64,000 bases of DNA from positions 269,151-333,150 of IMG/VR virus record IMGVR_UViG_3300000976_000009. One strand, written 5' to 3'. The position numbers and the translations under genes are program-made. Within the stretch, counting starts at the first letter, position 1; every line of letters starts with the position of its first letter. This document shows positions 24,901 through 35,555 of the stretch, piece after piece. The notes below the pieces were generated by a model. It was not told the origin of the DNA and searched no databases. It was given only the letters and a program-made list of their open reading frames with translations. This stretch comes from a virus.

Positions 24901-27520
24901 ATTACTAAAGATTTCTGGGACAAAGCAAATGAAATACTTTTCCTAGGTTATGTTGATTTAATAAAATAGAAAAATTATGATAGGAAATATAATTAAAGGT
25001 TCGGTTGAAACTTATGGAATTGTTGAAGGTAAGGTAATATTAGTTTATCAAGATGCTGTTGCTTTTGGAACTAATGGCTATGTACAAATTACTATGATTC
25101 AAATTAAAGATGATAATGGTAAAGTATATGATATGAGACCTAGAAATATACATGAGATAATTTCAGTTGCTGAAATTAAACCCACTACCAAAACACCATT
25201 GAAAAAACAAATTAGTAATGCTTGGAGTGTATTACGTGATTTAATTAATATGACATTTAAAGGTTATACGGTTTTTTCTTTTAGAAAAAAAGAAAAATTA
25301 GCAGATAGTGTTGTAAATAATTAGTGGCGTGATTAAGATTCATTTTGATTATACTGATGGAACTGAACTATCTTACCAAGAAGGTTTAGATAAAGGTGAT
25401 GGATTTAATACTAATTGCCTAGATTTCTTTACGACTGATAATGATGCATTTGATGTCATTGTAGTTGATAAAAAAGGTAATTCAATTAGTCGTAATGAAT
25501 TACTAAATAATATTGGTAACTATACGACAAAAGAAATAAGACCCGAACATAACATATTGAAAATGTTGAAGGCAAATTCATTTAATTGGAGAAAAATAAT
25601 TGATTAAATATTATATAGTATGAGTACTGAGTATTTCCCATTTAAAATTGGGGATAAATTAAAATCTAGTAATGCCTATAAGAATGGTGATAGAAGAACA
25701 TTTAGAGGTCCGTTAGGTGAACAACGAAAAACCGATATCTATATGGAAGTAACAGGTATTGGTAGAACACTATTCTTTGCTACTTGGGATTGTAACGAAC
25801 ATGTACACGCTAAATGTGGACAATATGAAATGTGGGATGGTTTAGATGAGGGTAAAGTAATTGATGGTGAATACTATTTTAATTCATTACCTACTGAGGA
25901 ACAAACTAAACTAAGAGAAAAGTTCAATGAAGAAATGATTTCAGATAATGAATCTGATTGGTATGAATTTTTTGATTCACTATTAACATAATAACTATGA
26001 GAGTAATGACAACAAAAGAAAAGATAAGTGATTGCTTATTGACTGCCGTATTATGGTTACCAACTTACTTAATCTTTGAATACTTTTCATATGATGGATT
26101 CACTATCTCTGATGGAATGTATTGGTTCGGAACTCTTGTTGGTTATTGTATTGCAATATTCACTAATAAAATTGTCAAAAAAAATTACGAAATTAAAAAA
26201 CTATCTAATCCAAATATTTTGGATGATGTCTAAATATCGTTATTTTATAAACTAGAGTATGAAAATAATAATTGAATTACATAGAAGTGATTTAAGAAAA
26301 GAATATTATAAAACACACTTAAATGATGTTGAATTACATATGTTTTATAAACTAGATACAAGAAAAATATGTGATGCATCTGAAATTATTTTTGTTGAAG
26401 AAACTGGTGTTAAAGAAATACCTAAAGTTAAAAAGTTCTTAAAAACTCGTGGCACAAAAAAATCATTAGAATTTTATAAAATATTCAATAATGCATTTGG
26501 TTAAGTAAATAATTTTACCTATATTTGTAACTCATTAATAAAACAATATGAAAGCAACAACATTATTAGCATTAATATTCGGAATAGGTGGATTGATTTT
26601 AATTGGTGCATACACACACTGGTTAGTAGCACTTGGAGTATTCCTAACAATTTGGGGGAATAACATTTCAAATAATGATATGTTAAAAACTGAATTTAAT
26701 AAGGTTCTAAAGAACTTAAAACGAAAAGATTAAAACGGGCTTTGCGTGGTGGAATCGACTACTTGGCTTAGACCTACCCACTTTTCCACCATAGCAAACT
26801 CCCAATCGAAATAAATACTAAAACCCCCATAAGAAATACTATATAATAATGAGCCTATTTAAAGCAAATAACATAGTACTAAAAATAGGTGTTATTATCA
26901 AAACACTATTAAGACTATTCGTAATATGGACACTTAATCTTATATACTATGAGATTAAACCAGATGCTAATTCTACACTAATTGAAATATCAATAGTTCT
27001 AAGTATATTAGTATTTATCTTATTATACATTGCTGACTTAATTACTGTAGAAAGAAGTATTAAACATCATGGGAAAGAAATAGATGAGTAATCCACTATA
27101 CATAAAATTAGAAGAACATCTTAAACAAAAATATAATTTAACTTATTGTCACGTAATCAAAGTAGATGATAATAGAAGGAATGTATTTGAAGTAATCGTT
27201 GAACCACCATTAACACCTAAGTCACAATTCGAAATAGAAGAATCAGTATTAGAATACTTAGGAGAAGATTGGGAAGGAATAGCTCTAACTTATAGTAGAG
27301 AATATTATGAAAGTATAAATGATACAATTGTATTAACTAATAGTGATATAATCAGTATTTGCAAAGATGTCCCATTTAATGATGTTGAGATATGTATGTT
27401 CCCTATTGACATTATACCAAAATTACTTAGAGCCAAAAAAGTATTGTATAGAATATATACAGATAATCCAGATATACCTTATGTGTCTAAAATATTAAGG
27501 AGTAAATAACTATTCTCATG

Positions 27521-27592
27521 TACACATTTGTGTACCCATTTTCTCACCTAATTAAATACTCTATAATACCCCTAATACACATTTGTGTACCC
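27521..27592. repeat. Two copies of the 17-bp palindrome-containing repeat TACACATTTGTGTACCC
   Basis: Exact copies at 27521-27537 and 27576-27592 in a long non-coding region. Confidence 0.85.
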
Positions 27593-28164
27593 TAATATAT
27601 ATAAGGTAAATAACGTGTATTAAATGACACTTAAACCCCCTCTATTTGTATCTTTAATCACTCCTTATTGTACTTTAGTTAGCACGTTATAGAAATATAG
27701 TCTTTGTGGGAAATCGTGGGATAAAGTGGTAAAAGGTGTGATTTTGTCCCACAGCGAGTACACAAAACCTTAAAAAACATTATGTCATCTGTTTATTCAC
27801 GTTCGATATACGTAAAATTTTTGAGATACACAAGCTTTTCGACAATTATTTATCAACAAAAATTTGTGCATAAAAAAGCTTCTAATTCCTTGTGTATATG
27901 ATATAGTTTTCCTATATGACTTTTCACTGGTAAAAAGAAGCATTAAACATATGGACATGACAGTTGGCTTGAGACACCTAATTTTTTTGTGTAACAAGTT
28001 TGCCCCAAACCTTACTATAGTTTCGGGTATGAGGTGGCTGTCCGCCTATGCAGATATGAATTGAACAAAACAAATATACAACAAAATTATCAGTCCACCA
28101 AATTTTTGTGTAACTATTTTGTTATTTGTAATGATTCTAAATAAAGGAAAGTATAAGGCACAGT

Positions 28165-28219
28165 GGAGTCTACTCTTTCGTAATGTTTCCATTCTGACCC
28201 GTCTCTGTTTCCAACCGAC
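28165..28219 (-). ncRNA. Small RNA motif, copy 1
   Basis: Minus-strand promoter (28255-28224) followed by GTCGGTTGGAAACAGAGACGGGTC-N16-GAAAGAGTAGACTCC. Confidence 0.6.
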
Positions 28220-28346
28220 AATACAAATATAAACATTAGTTTTGACACTACCAAATAAAAAGTGATTTATTTTTAATATCCTATAGTATTAAATTAATTT
28301 GTTTCTATAACCCCTATGAATGCTACAAAGTTAAAAATAATTGAAT

Positions 28347-28410
28347 TAAATACTATATAATATTTGGTAGAACCATAAATGTTTCTTATATTTGTAATGT
28401 CAAATTAACT
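28347..28410 (+). repeat. 64-bp promoter/leader block, repeated at 29233-29296 with one mismatch
   Basis: TAAATACTATA(T/C)AATATTTGGTAGAACCATAAATGTTTCTTATATTTGTAATGTCAAATTAACT at both sites. Confidence 0.9.
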
Positions 28411-29168
28411 TATTAAGTACTAACAATGCTAAAACAATTAAAGGTGAAGGTTTAGGATATACTACATACATTATGTACTTGTCACCATATAACCAAAACT
28501 CTAAAGGTATTAACCTTTGTAGTCACGCCTCAAAGGGTTGTGCTAAAGCTTGTTTATTTTCTAGTGGTGCGGCTCGTTTCAATAGAGTACAACAAGGTAA
28601 GATTAATAAAACTGAATGGTTTTTAGATAACCGTGTTGAGTTTCTTAATAAATTAGATGCAGAAATTACTGCTATTGAAAACAAAAAGAAGCACCAAGGG
28701 CAAGACGATATACCAGTAATTCGTTTAAATGGTACAAGTGATATAACATTTGAAAAGTTTAAAATTAGAGACGGTAAAAACATATTTGAATTACACCCAA
28801 ACGTACAATTTTACGATTACACAAAGAACCATTTCAGATTTAAAAAGCAATTGCCGTCTAACTACCATTTAACGTTCTCAATGAGCGAAGACAACAAAGA
28901 AAAGTCTATGGAGTTATTGAGCCAAGGTATTAACGTTGCTATGGTATTTGGAGTACGTGACGTAAACGATTTCCCTACTACATACAATGGTTATGAAGTA
29001 ATTAACGGGGACGAAACAGATTTACGTTTCCTAGATGATAAAAACGTTATTGTTGGACTTAAGTACAAGTATATGAGTACTAAGGGTGCTAACAACCAAG
29101 ACAATTTAGATAATAACGATTTTATTATTGATGTGTCAAGTATAAAAAAATATAAAAATGTTGCATAG
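28404..29168 (+). CDS. Gp88-like phage protein (CxxxxxxCxxxC); N-terminus lacks a canonical start
   Basis: LCSHASKGCAKACL, RLNGTSD, QFYDYTK, GDETDLRFLD motifs; in-frame upstream LLSTNNAKTIKGEGLGYTTYI has no ATG/GTG/TTG before 28473. Confidence 0.8.
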   Translation: MNLLSTNNAKTIKGEGLGYTTYIMYLSPYNQNSKGINLCSHASKGCAKACLFSSGAARFNRVQQGKINKTEWFLDNRVEFLNKLDAEITAIENKKKHQGQDDIPVIRLNGTSDITFEKFKIRDGKNIFELHPNVQFYDYTKNHFRFKKQLPSNYHLTFSMSEDNKEKSMELLSQGINVAMVFGVRDVNDFPTTYNGYEVINGDETDLRFLDDKNVIVGLKYKYMSTKGANNQDNLDNNDFIIDVSSIKKYKNVA

Positions 29169-29284
29169 ATATGAATTGAACAGCTTGTCAATGTACATGG
29201 GGGTTAACGCCCCCTCATCAAATTAATTTAAATAAATACTATACAATATTTGGTAGAACCATAAATGTTTCTTATATTTGTAAT

Positions 29285-29539
29285 GTCAAATTAACTAAAG
29301 TTTGGTCATGGGGTGCGCATGCTTGGGTCACACATGAAGACAAATGGTTAAGGTTTAAGTCTAATGGTCACCACCATAAAGGGCATGTATATATAACTTT
29401 AGGTTTTGACGATACCTTTACAATATACTACACCAATACAAGGGCTAAAGTTATTGATATGGTTACTGGTGTATATGTTGGGTCTTTGATTGATACCATT
29501 GATAACAGAATTGAGCGCATAGCAAATTATAAATACTAA
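29285..29539 (+). pseudogene. Start-less reading frame (KVWSWGAHAW...GHVYITLGFDDTFTIYY...RIANYKY)
   Basis: Protein-like open frame right after the promoter block; no in-frame ATG/GTG/TTG until the last 26 codons. Confidence 0.65.
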
Positions 29540-29545
29540 TAATTG

Positions 29546-29576
29546 AAATGCCCATAACCATTGGTTATGGGCATTT
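29546..29576. terminator. Bidirectional palindromic terminator
   Basis: AAATGCCCATAACCA-T-TGGTTATGGGCATTT between convergent transcripts. Confidence 0.75.
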
Positions 29577-29611
29577 GCTTTATTAAATATTATTAGACTA
29601 TAGGGTAAGTC

Positions 29612-29659
29612 GGAGTCTACTCTTTCACCATAGGCGACCCGTCTCTGTTTCCAACTGAC
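29612..29659 (-). ncRNA. Small RNA motif, copy 2
   Basis: Minus-strand promoter (29695-29664) followed by GTCAGTTGGAAACAGAGACGGGTC-N9-GAAAGAGTAGACTCC. Confidence 0.6.
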
Positions 29660-32600
29660 AATACAAATATAAGGATAATAATTCATTCCACCAAATATAA
29701 CTTGAAGTATTTTTATCTTATATAATATTTGTAAATTAGTTGTGATATTATTTGGTAGTTAGATATATTATCCTTATCTTTACAGAGTCAAATTAAAACA
29801 ATAAAACTATGAGTAATCCAAATTATATTGTCGGTAAATTAAGTATAGCACAAATTACATCTGATAGTTTGTTATATGAAATTGAATTAGCCCTTAAAGG
29901 TCGTGAGGCATTTATTGATAACACACCAATTGAAGAAAAGATTTTTTTAGGTGATGTTTTTCAAGCAATAATTGATGAAGACAAAGTAAGTGCAAAAGCA
30001 ATGGGACAACTTGAAACATTAAATAACCAAGTTGTTGAATTTAATTATATTCAGATTATTTAATTTTGTAAGCATAATATTTGGTTTATTCAGATATTAT
30101 GCTTACCTTTATCAAACGTCAAATTAAATACTATATAATATGAAAGATTTTCCAACATTTGAAAAAATAGAAACAGGGATTGAATTAAATGAAGATTTCA
30201 TTCCTAATTCTAATTTATTATATGATGTTTACCACAATGGTAAAACAACAATAATGGTAAAGCTTCCCGATACACCACAAAATAAAGGTTGTGTTGGGTA
30301 TGACATAGCACCAAAAACATTAATTTATGATATGGACAAACCACTTAGTGAATTTACTGGTGATGAGGTTGAAAGTATTTTAGATTACCGTGGTATGAAT
30401 GTGGTTGATGATGGATTTGAAGCGGCTGATGTTTTTATGGAAATGTCACACGTAACCCTTAGAGGTATTCAAATTGAGGTAACAATGACTGGTACTGCAA
30501 CTGTTAAATTAGAAGACGGTGAAACGTTAGAAGATTTAACCGAAAGATATGGTGACATATACTTACACGGTGCTGGTGAAAATGGTTATGAAGATAAAAC
30601 TGATTTAGGTGGTGACATTACTATTAAAATAGTTTAAAAATAATTCACTTTTTATTTGGTTGTTAACTTATATTGTATTATATTTGTTATGTCAAATTAA
30701 AACAATAGAAATTATGATTAGAGTAGTTATTATGTCGGGAACAGCTTACGGAAAACAAGTAGCTGATATGTCAACAGATTATGATGGTGAAACATTAGCA
30801 GATGAAGGTAATGTTGTCATTTATGGTGAGACAGTTGAACAGATTGAAAAGGAAACGGGACTATCTATACAAATGGTATAGTCCCAACCATCAAACGTCA
30901 AATTAAATATTATATAACATGAATGCATTTCAAATCAATTTACAAACGATTTTATTCTTAACTGATAATTCAGTTTTAGGGGCATATAACGAAAACAAAA
31001 AGATGCTTGTATATAACAAACCACTTTGTCAAGTTGAAACAATGAACCATATTCTAAGTGTTCTAAAGGAGAAAGGAAAAGAAGTTGTATTTACATACCA
31101 AACTGATTCCTTTGGGGTTAATTTCTACGACCCTAAGAGTGGTGGTACTAGTGTATTCCATGAGGTAAAAGGTACAGTAGTTGAAGGAGCAGACCCAATT
31201 GAATACAATGATATTATACCTAAAGAAGAATTTAAAGACTTCTTGAAGGATTTAAAAGAGTTGGATGGTGATGCCTATGAAAGTGAGAGTAAAGATGCGT
31301 TTTTAGATTGTTATGAGTATTGGACGGCTAGAGGTCATAATAGATTTTTAGATAAGGTTGAACTAAATAAAATGAGATTAGAAAGAGAAAAAGCTTAGTA
31401 AAAGTTTGGTAGATTAAAAAAGATTACTTATCTTTACAGAGTCAAATTAAAACTAAAACATTATGTCACAAGCAGTACAATACGCACAAGGATTTTTTTT
31501 ACAATTAGATACTCATAGAAGTGGGGAACTATTAAACGCAATGCCAGTACCTACAATGATTACATTATTGAAGTTTGGTAAGCGAATGAGCCAAGAAGCC
31601 CAAGAAGAAGCAATTGAATGCAAACTATTGGGTCGTGAATTAGAAGCAAATGCAACGGCAAAGGATGTTGGAACAATACAAAAGAACTTAAATTCATTAC
31701 AAAAAGCGTATGATTACGCAATGAATTAAAACCATTGAAATAAGATAGTTAAAATAAAATTAATGCGCTACTGACCGAATTAAGTAGGAGGTGGATGTAT
31801 AACTAAAGCAGATACAACTGCGACTTATCTTATTTCTTTATCAATTATATGGGTGGCGAGCATAGTGATATGTTTTAATTTGACACCAAAAGCAAGGACT
31901 ACGAGAATTTACTTTCGTTATAAAGTCCACACCATTCGAGTACTTGCTTTTATTTTTAGTGTGTCACAAATATAGTATAACATTAATAAAACAATATAAA
32001 ATAAATGGCTAAATCAACTGAGGAAATTTGTATCCAGAAAATAGAATCTGGAATAAGAGGAATTAAAAATGGTAGTAAGACACCAAAAGAAGCAAATTGC
32101 GGATTCTTTTTAAATAAACTCAAGCCATTAAATGAGGGTATGTATGACGAATTATTCGATAAGTACGTGAAACTCATGAAAGAAAATAATTAAGATATTA
32201 GTTCATAGTTTAATTTGACGGTTTAACTATAGCCCCCACGCCTTTGGTAGTGGGGGTTTCTTTGTTTATACTAAAAATAAATGAATTAAATGTTATATAA
32301 TATTTGGTAGAATGGATTATTATGTTTATATTTGTAATGTCAAATTAAATTAAACATTAGATAAAGATATTGAATGTTTTGGGTGTATGGAAAAAATGGC
32401 ACAATGTGATTGTCCCGACTATTGGTATGAGAATTGTGAAAATAATGCTGAATTTAATGAAGAATAAATTTGGATGGTATTAAATATTATCTTATATTTG
32501 TATTGTCAAATTAAATTAAACATTATGAACAGAGAAAACTTAGCATACATTAGAGAATCTTTAAATGAATTAATAGTAAGCCCAACTATTCATATGAAAC

Positions 32601-33481
32601 CACACAAAGCATATAGATGCATTGCTAATGGTGATGATGTGACTATTAACGGGTTTATTATTAATATGGAAGGCTTTAATTTGTTATTTGAGAATGCACA
32701 TGAACGAATAATGCGACACTTCAATTTAATTGGTCTTATTAAAGATGGTAAACCAGTTAATAAAACTACATTCAAACAAATGGCTAATACTGTTAAATAC
32801 GGTAAAGGTGAAAGTAGTTTTTATGTTGCATATTTCTACACTCACCCAAAAGAATGTATGTATAGATTTGCACCTATTTGGGGTGGTGGTTCTAAAGCAG
32901 TACAAATGACTAATTTATATAACGATTTCATTGAATTGGTTAACGGTGATATGACTAATATTGATAACGATAATATTCAATTTGGTAACTGCGGTTTACC
33001 TTTTGGGGGTTACCGAGACCTAGCGACTAGATGGTTAGACCCCAACCCAAAAAGTATTTTATAATAAATGTTATATAATATTTGGTAGATTGAAATAAAT
33101 TACTTATCTTTACAGAGTCAAATTAAAACAATAACATTATGAAAAATTATTTATTCGCAGAAGCAGTTAAAGCCGTAATAGTTCAACAAACAATTGATTG
33201 TGAATTACCTTCGGATATGAATGACTTAGATATTCAAGGAATATTTGAGCAAGCAACCAAAAACCTTAAAACTGATGAGGTTTACAAAAAAGAATGTGCA
33301 ATTCAAAAGTTAGGTGAATATGTTTCAGAAGAAAATGTTAGTGAAGCCTATGAAAAATTGGTAGCCCAAGCTGAAATTAATGACCAAATTCCAGTTGATA
33401 ATATTATTACAATGTGGCAACCATTAGAAGATAGATATACTGTTTCACAATTAATTGAAGAAATTAGTTAACTTAAACGCT

Positions 33482-33613
33482 ATGGGAAAGACAATTAAAT
33501 TTCAGACAATACAAGTCACACAGGGTGAAATACAAGATGCAATGAAGCATAGAGTACACAAGTCTAAAAAGACTTACACCCGTAAGACAAAACATAAAGG
33601 TAAGGGCTATTAA
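33482..33613 (+). CDS. 43-aa basic peptide resembling ArfA ribosome-rescue factor
   Basis: RVHKSKKTYTRKTKHK versus E. coli ArfA RVEKNKKGKGSYMRKGKH; below the ORF-track cutoff. Confidence 0.45.
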   Translation: MGKTIKFQTIQVTQGEIQDAMKHRVHKSKKTYTRKTKHKGKGY

Positions 33614-34736
33614 GTTCTTACCTTTTTATTTGTAATAAATGTTATATAATATTTGGTAAATTCAAAAGTAATGCTTATATTTGTATTGTCAAATTAAAAC
33701 AAACAATTATGAAGTACCAACACTTAACAAAGAATTACCGAAATTTAGAAACAGAAATATTAGCATCTTTGAGAGATGAAATAACTAAAAGTTCTGTTAT
33801 GTCTAAACACACTGACACACCAGTTATATTAGTTAATGTATTTGATTATACTGAATTAGCCATTATTAATGATAGACCAACGTTTATGGATGCAAACGGT
33901 CAACATTATAGTATTTGGGCTGATTGTACTATTGAAGATTTAATTGATATTCTAAATAAAATATAAGATATTATGTATATTATAGATTTAAAGGGTAAAG
34001 AAATTAAAGTAACTGATTTGCAAGGTGCTATTGAGCAAGCGAAATTATATACAACATTTGGTGATGAAAATTCTAAAAACAATAAGTACTGGACACATGC
34101 ACTAAATGAGTTAATGAAACTTGAAGAACCAAAACCTGTTGAGGTGGAAACGGTTATTAATGGTAAAGAATTACCCCAACCAGTAATTGAGTGTAGAAAA
34201 ATATTTACAGATAGTGGAACAAAGGGTTTTATTAAAAATGATAGGACACAACCTTTATATAGTATTCATAGTTGTGCTAGGTCTGAAAGAAAATTAAGAG
34301 ATATTGACATGTTAGAAATTGGTGAAAGTACAAATAATTCGACCCCTACAAAAATAACAAGGGTTTATTAGGAATTGTCAATTATTATTCTTATATTTGT
34401 ATTGTCAAATTAAAACAACCAATTATGAAATTTACAGCAACTAAAACATTCAATTTAGAAGTAATAGGAGATATACATTTCAAGTTTAACAATAAAGGTA
34501 GAAAACCTAAAGGTAAAGTTATTCTTGTTCAAGATGTGAATATTACTACTATGAGATTAAGTATTACTAAAGAAACTGAAAAAATGTTAATGAAAGAGAT
34601 GAAAACGAAAGGCTCTGATTTATTAACAGATGGTAGATTATTTTACACAACATTTGGTGATGCAATAGGTGAAATTAAACACCCACAATTTCAAAAAGAA
34701 TTAGAATTACACCAAGAATTATATTCATAACATGAT

Positions 34737-34875
34737 AAACCATTCGTCTAGGGGTTAGGACATTGCGAAGGGTTGAAACACGGGTTCGAATCCCGTAATC
34801 TAATTTATTAGGTTTCGTCTAGGGGTTAGGGCACAGCGAGCGGCAAAAACACAGGTTCGAATCCTGTATGGTTTA
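34737..34875 (+). ncRNA. Tandem tRNA(Glu)-like units with swapped acceptor strands
   Basis: Two TCGTCTAGGGGTTAGG D-arms and two GGTTCGAATCC T-arms; AAACCAT(34737) pairs with ATGGTTT(34868) and AATCTAA(34797) pairs with TTAGGTT(34808). Confidence 0.8.
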
Positions 34876-35222
34876 CAAAAATAATTGATTAAATAAAAAA
34901 TTATGAAAAGATTTATTGTTAGTTTTATTATTAATATAGTTGATGAAGATGGTATTGAAGTCGGTGAAGAAAATATTGATGTAGATATTTTTGGTACTGA
35001 TATTAATGATGCAATTGCTAATGCTGATAAAAATATTAGAGAACATAATACAGAATGGGAAGATTTTTCATTTGATGTTTTAGATGTTGAAGAAATAATT
35101 GATTAAAAATTAGGATAATTGAAATAATTTCATTATCTTTATAGTCCGAGACAAAAATATCTAGATAGACCACTAGGAGCCCGTCATAATAGAGGTAGTA
35201 ACGGCACCCCAAATAGGGTGAT

Positions 35223-35313
35223 AGAATAAAGTACGCAAGCCAGCAGACGTGCTGGACTAGGTAAGCGGTTGGGTTACTACCAATGTATGTGGGTTCGAGC
35301 CCCATCTATTCTA
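35223..35313 (+). ncRNA. tRNA-like RNA with hairpin inserted in the D-loop
   Basis: Acceptor AGAATA/TATTCT, D-stem CGC/GCG enclosing CCAGCA-GACG-TGCTGG, arm GTTGG-GTTACTA-CCAAT, T-arm GTGGG-TTCGAGC-CCCAT, 3' A-CGA. Confidence 0.7.
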
Positions 35314-35555
35314 CGATAAGTTTAGGGTACCATACTATAAACCCTACGGTACCAGTAACGCATGCGTGGAGTGTGTGAAGCTGGTACCACTTTAAAAGCA
35401 TTGAGAGTGGAGCGAGGGAGTACTGAACTACAGTCTAAATACTGGCTGGGGAAGCGAAACACCCGCCACTCTCAAAAGTATATCTTAGGGCACCTTATGT
35501 GCACCACAGATAAAAATACAATGCAGCTGGTTACTTCATTGTTTATTGGTTATAG

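Larger units (their letters stand above)
126..27509 (+). other. Array of co-oriented small hypothetical phage ORFs (early/middle region 1)
   Basis: ORF track shows tightly packed + strand ORFs, mostly 60-230 aa, many behind TTTG-N20-TAnnTTTG promoters and A-rich leaders (CATTAAAA(A)CCAA); few recognisable families. Confidence 0.85.

Noticed and set aside
29285-29410. ncRNA closed by GTCAAA..CTAAAGTT/AACTTTAG..TTTGAC
   Set aside because: Better explained as a protein-like start-less frame running to 29539; the pairing may be chance.
28165-29659. CRISPR array suggested by GTTGGAAAC-containing repeats
   Set aside because: Only two copies about 1.4 kb apart with no repeat-spacer periodicity and no cas genes seen.
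35400-35510. SAM-I riboswitch (GAGAG..GAGGGA)
   Set aside because: Lacks the AUC/GAU P1 and GCAACC elements; no downstream metabolic gene.
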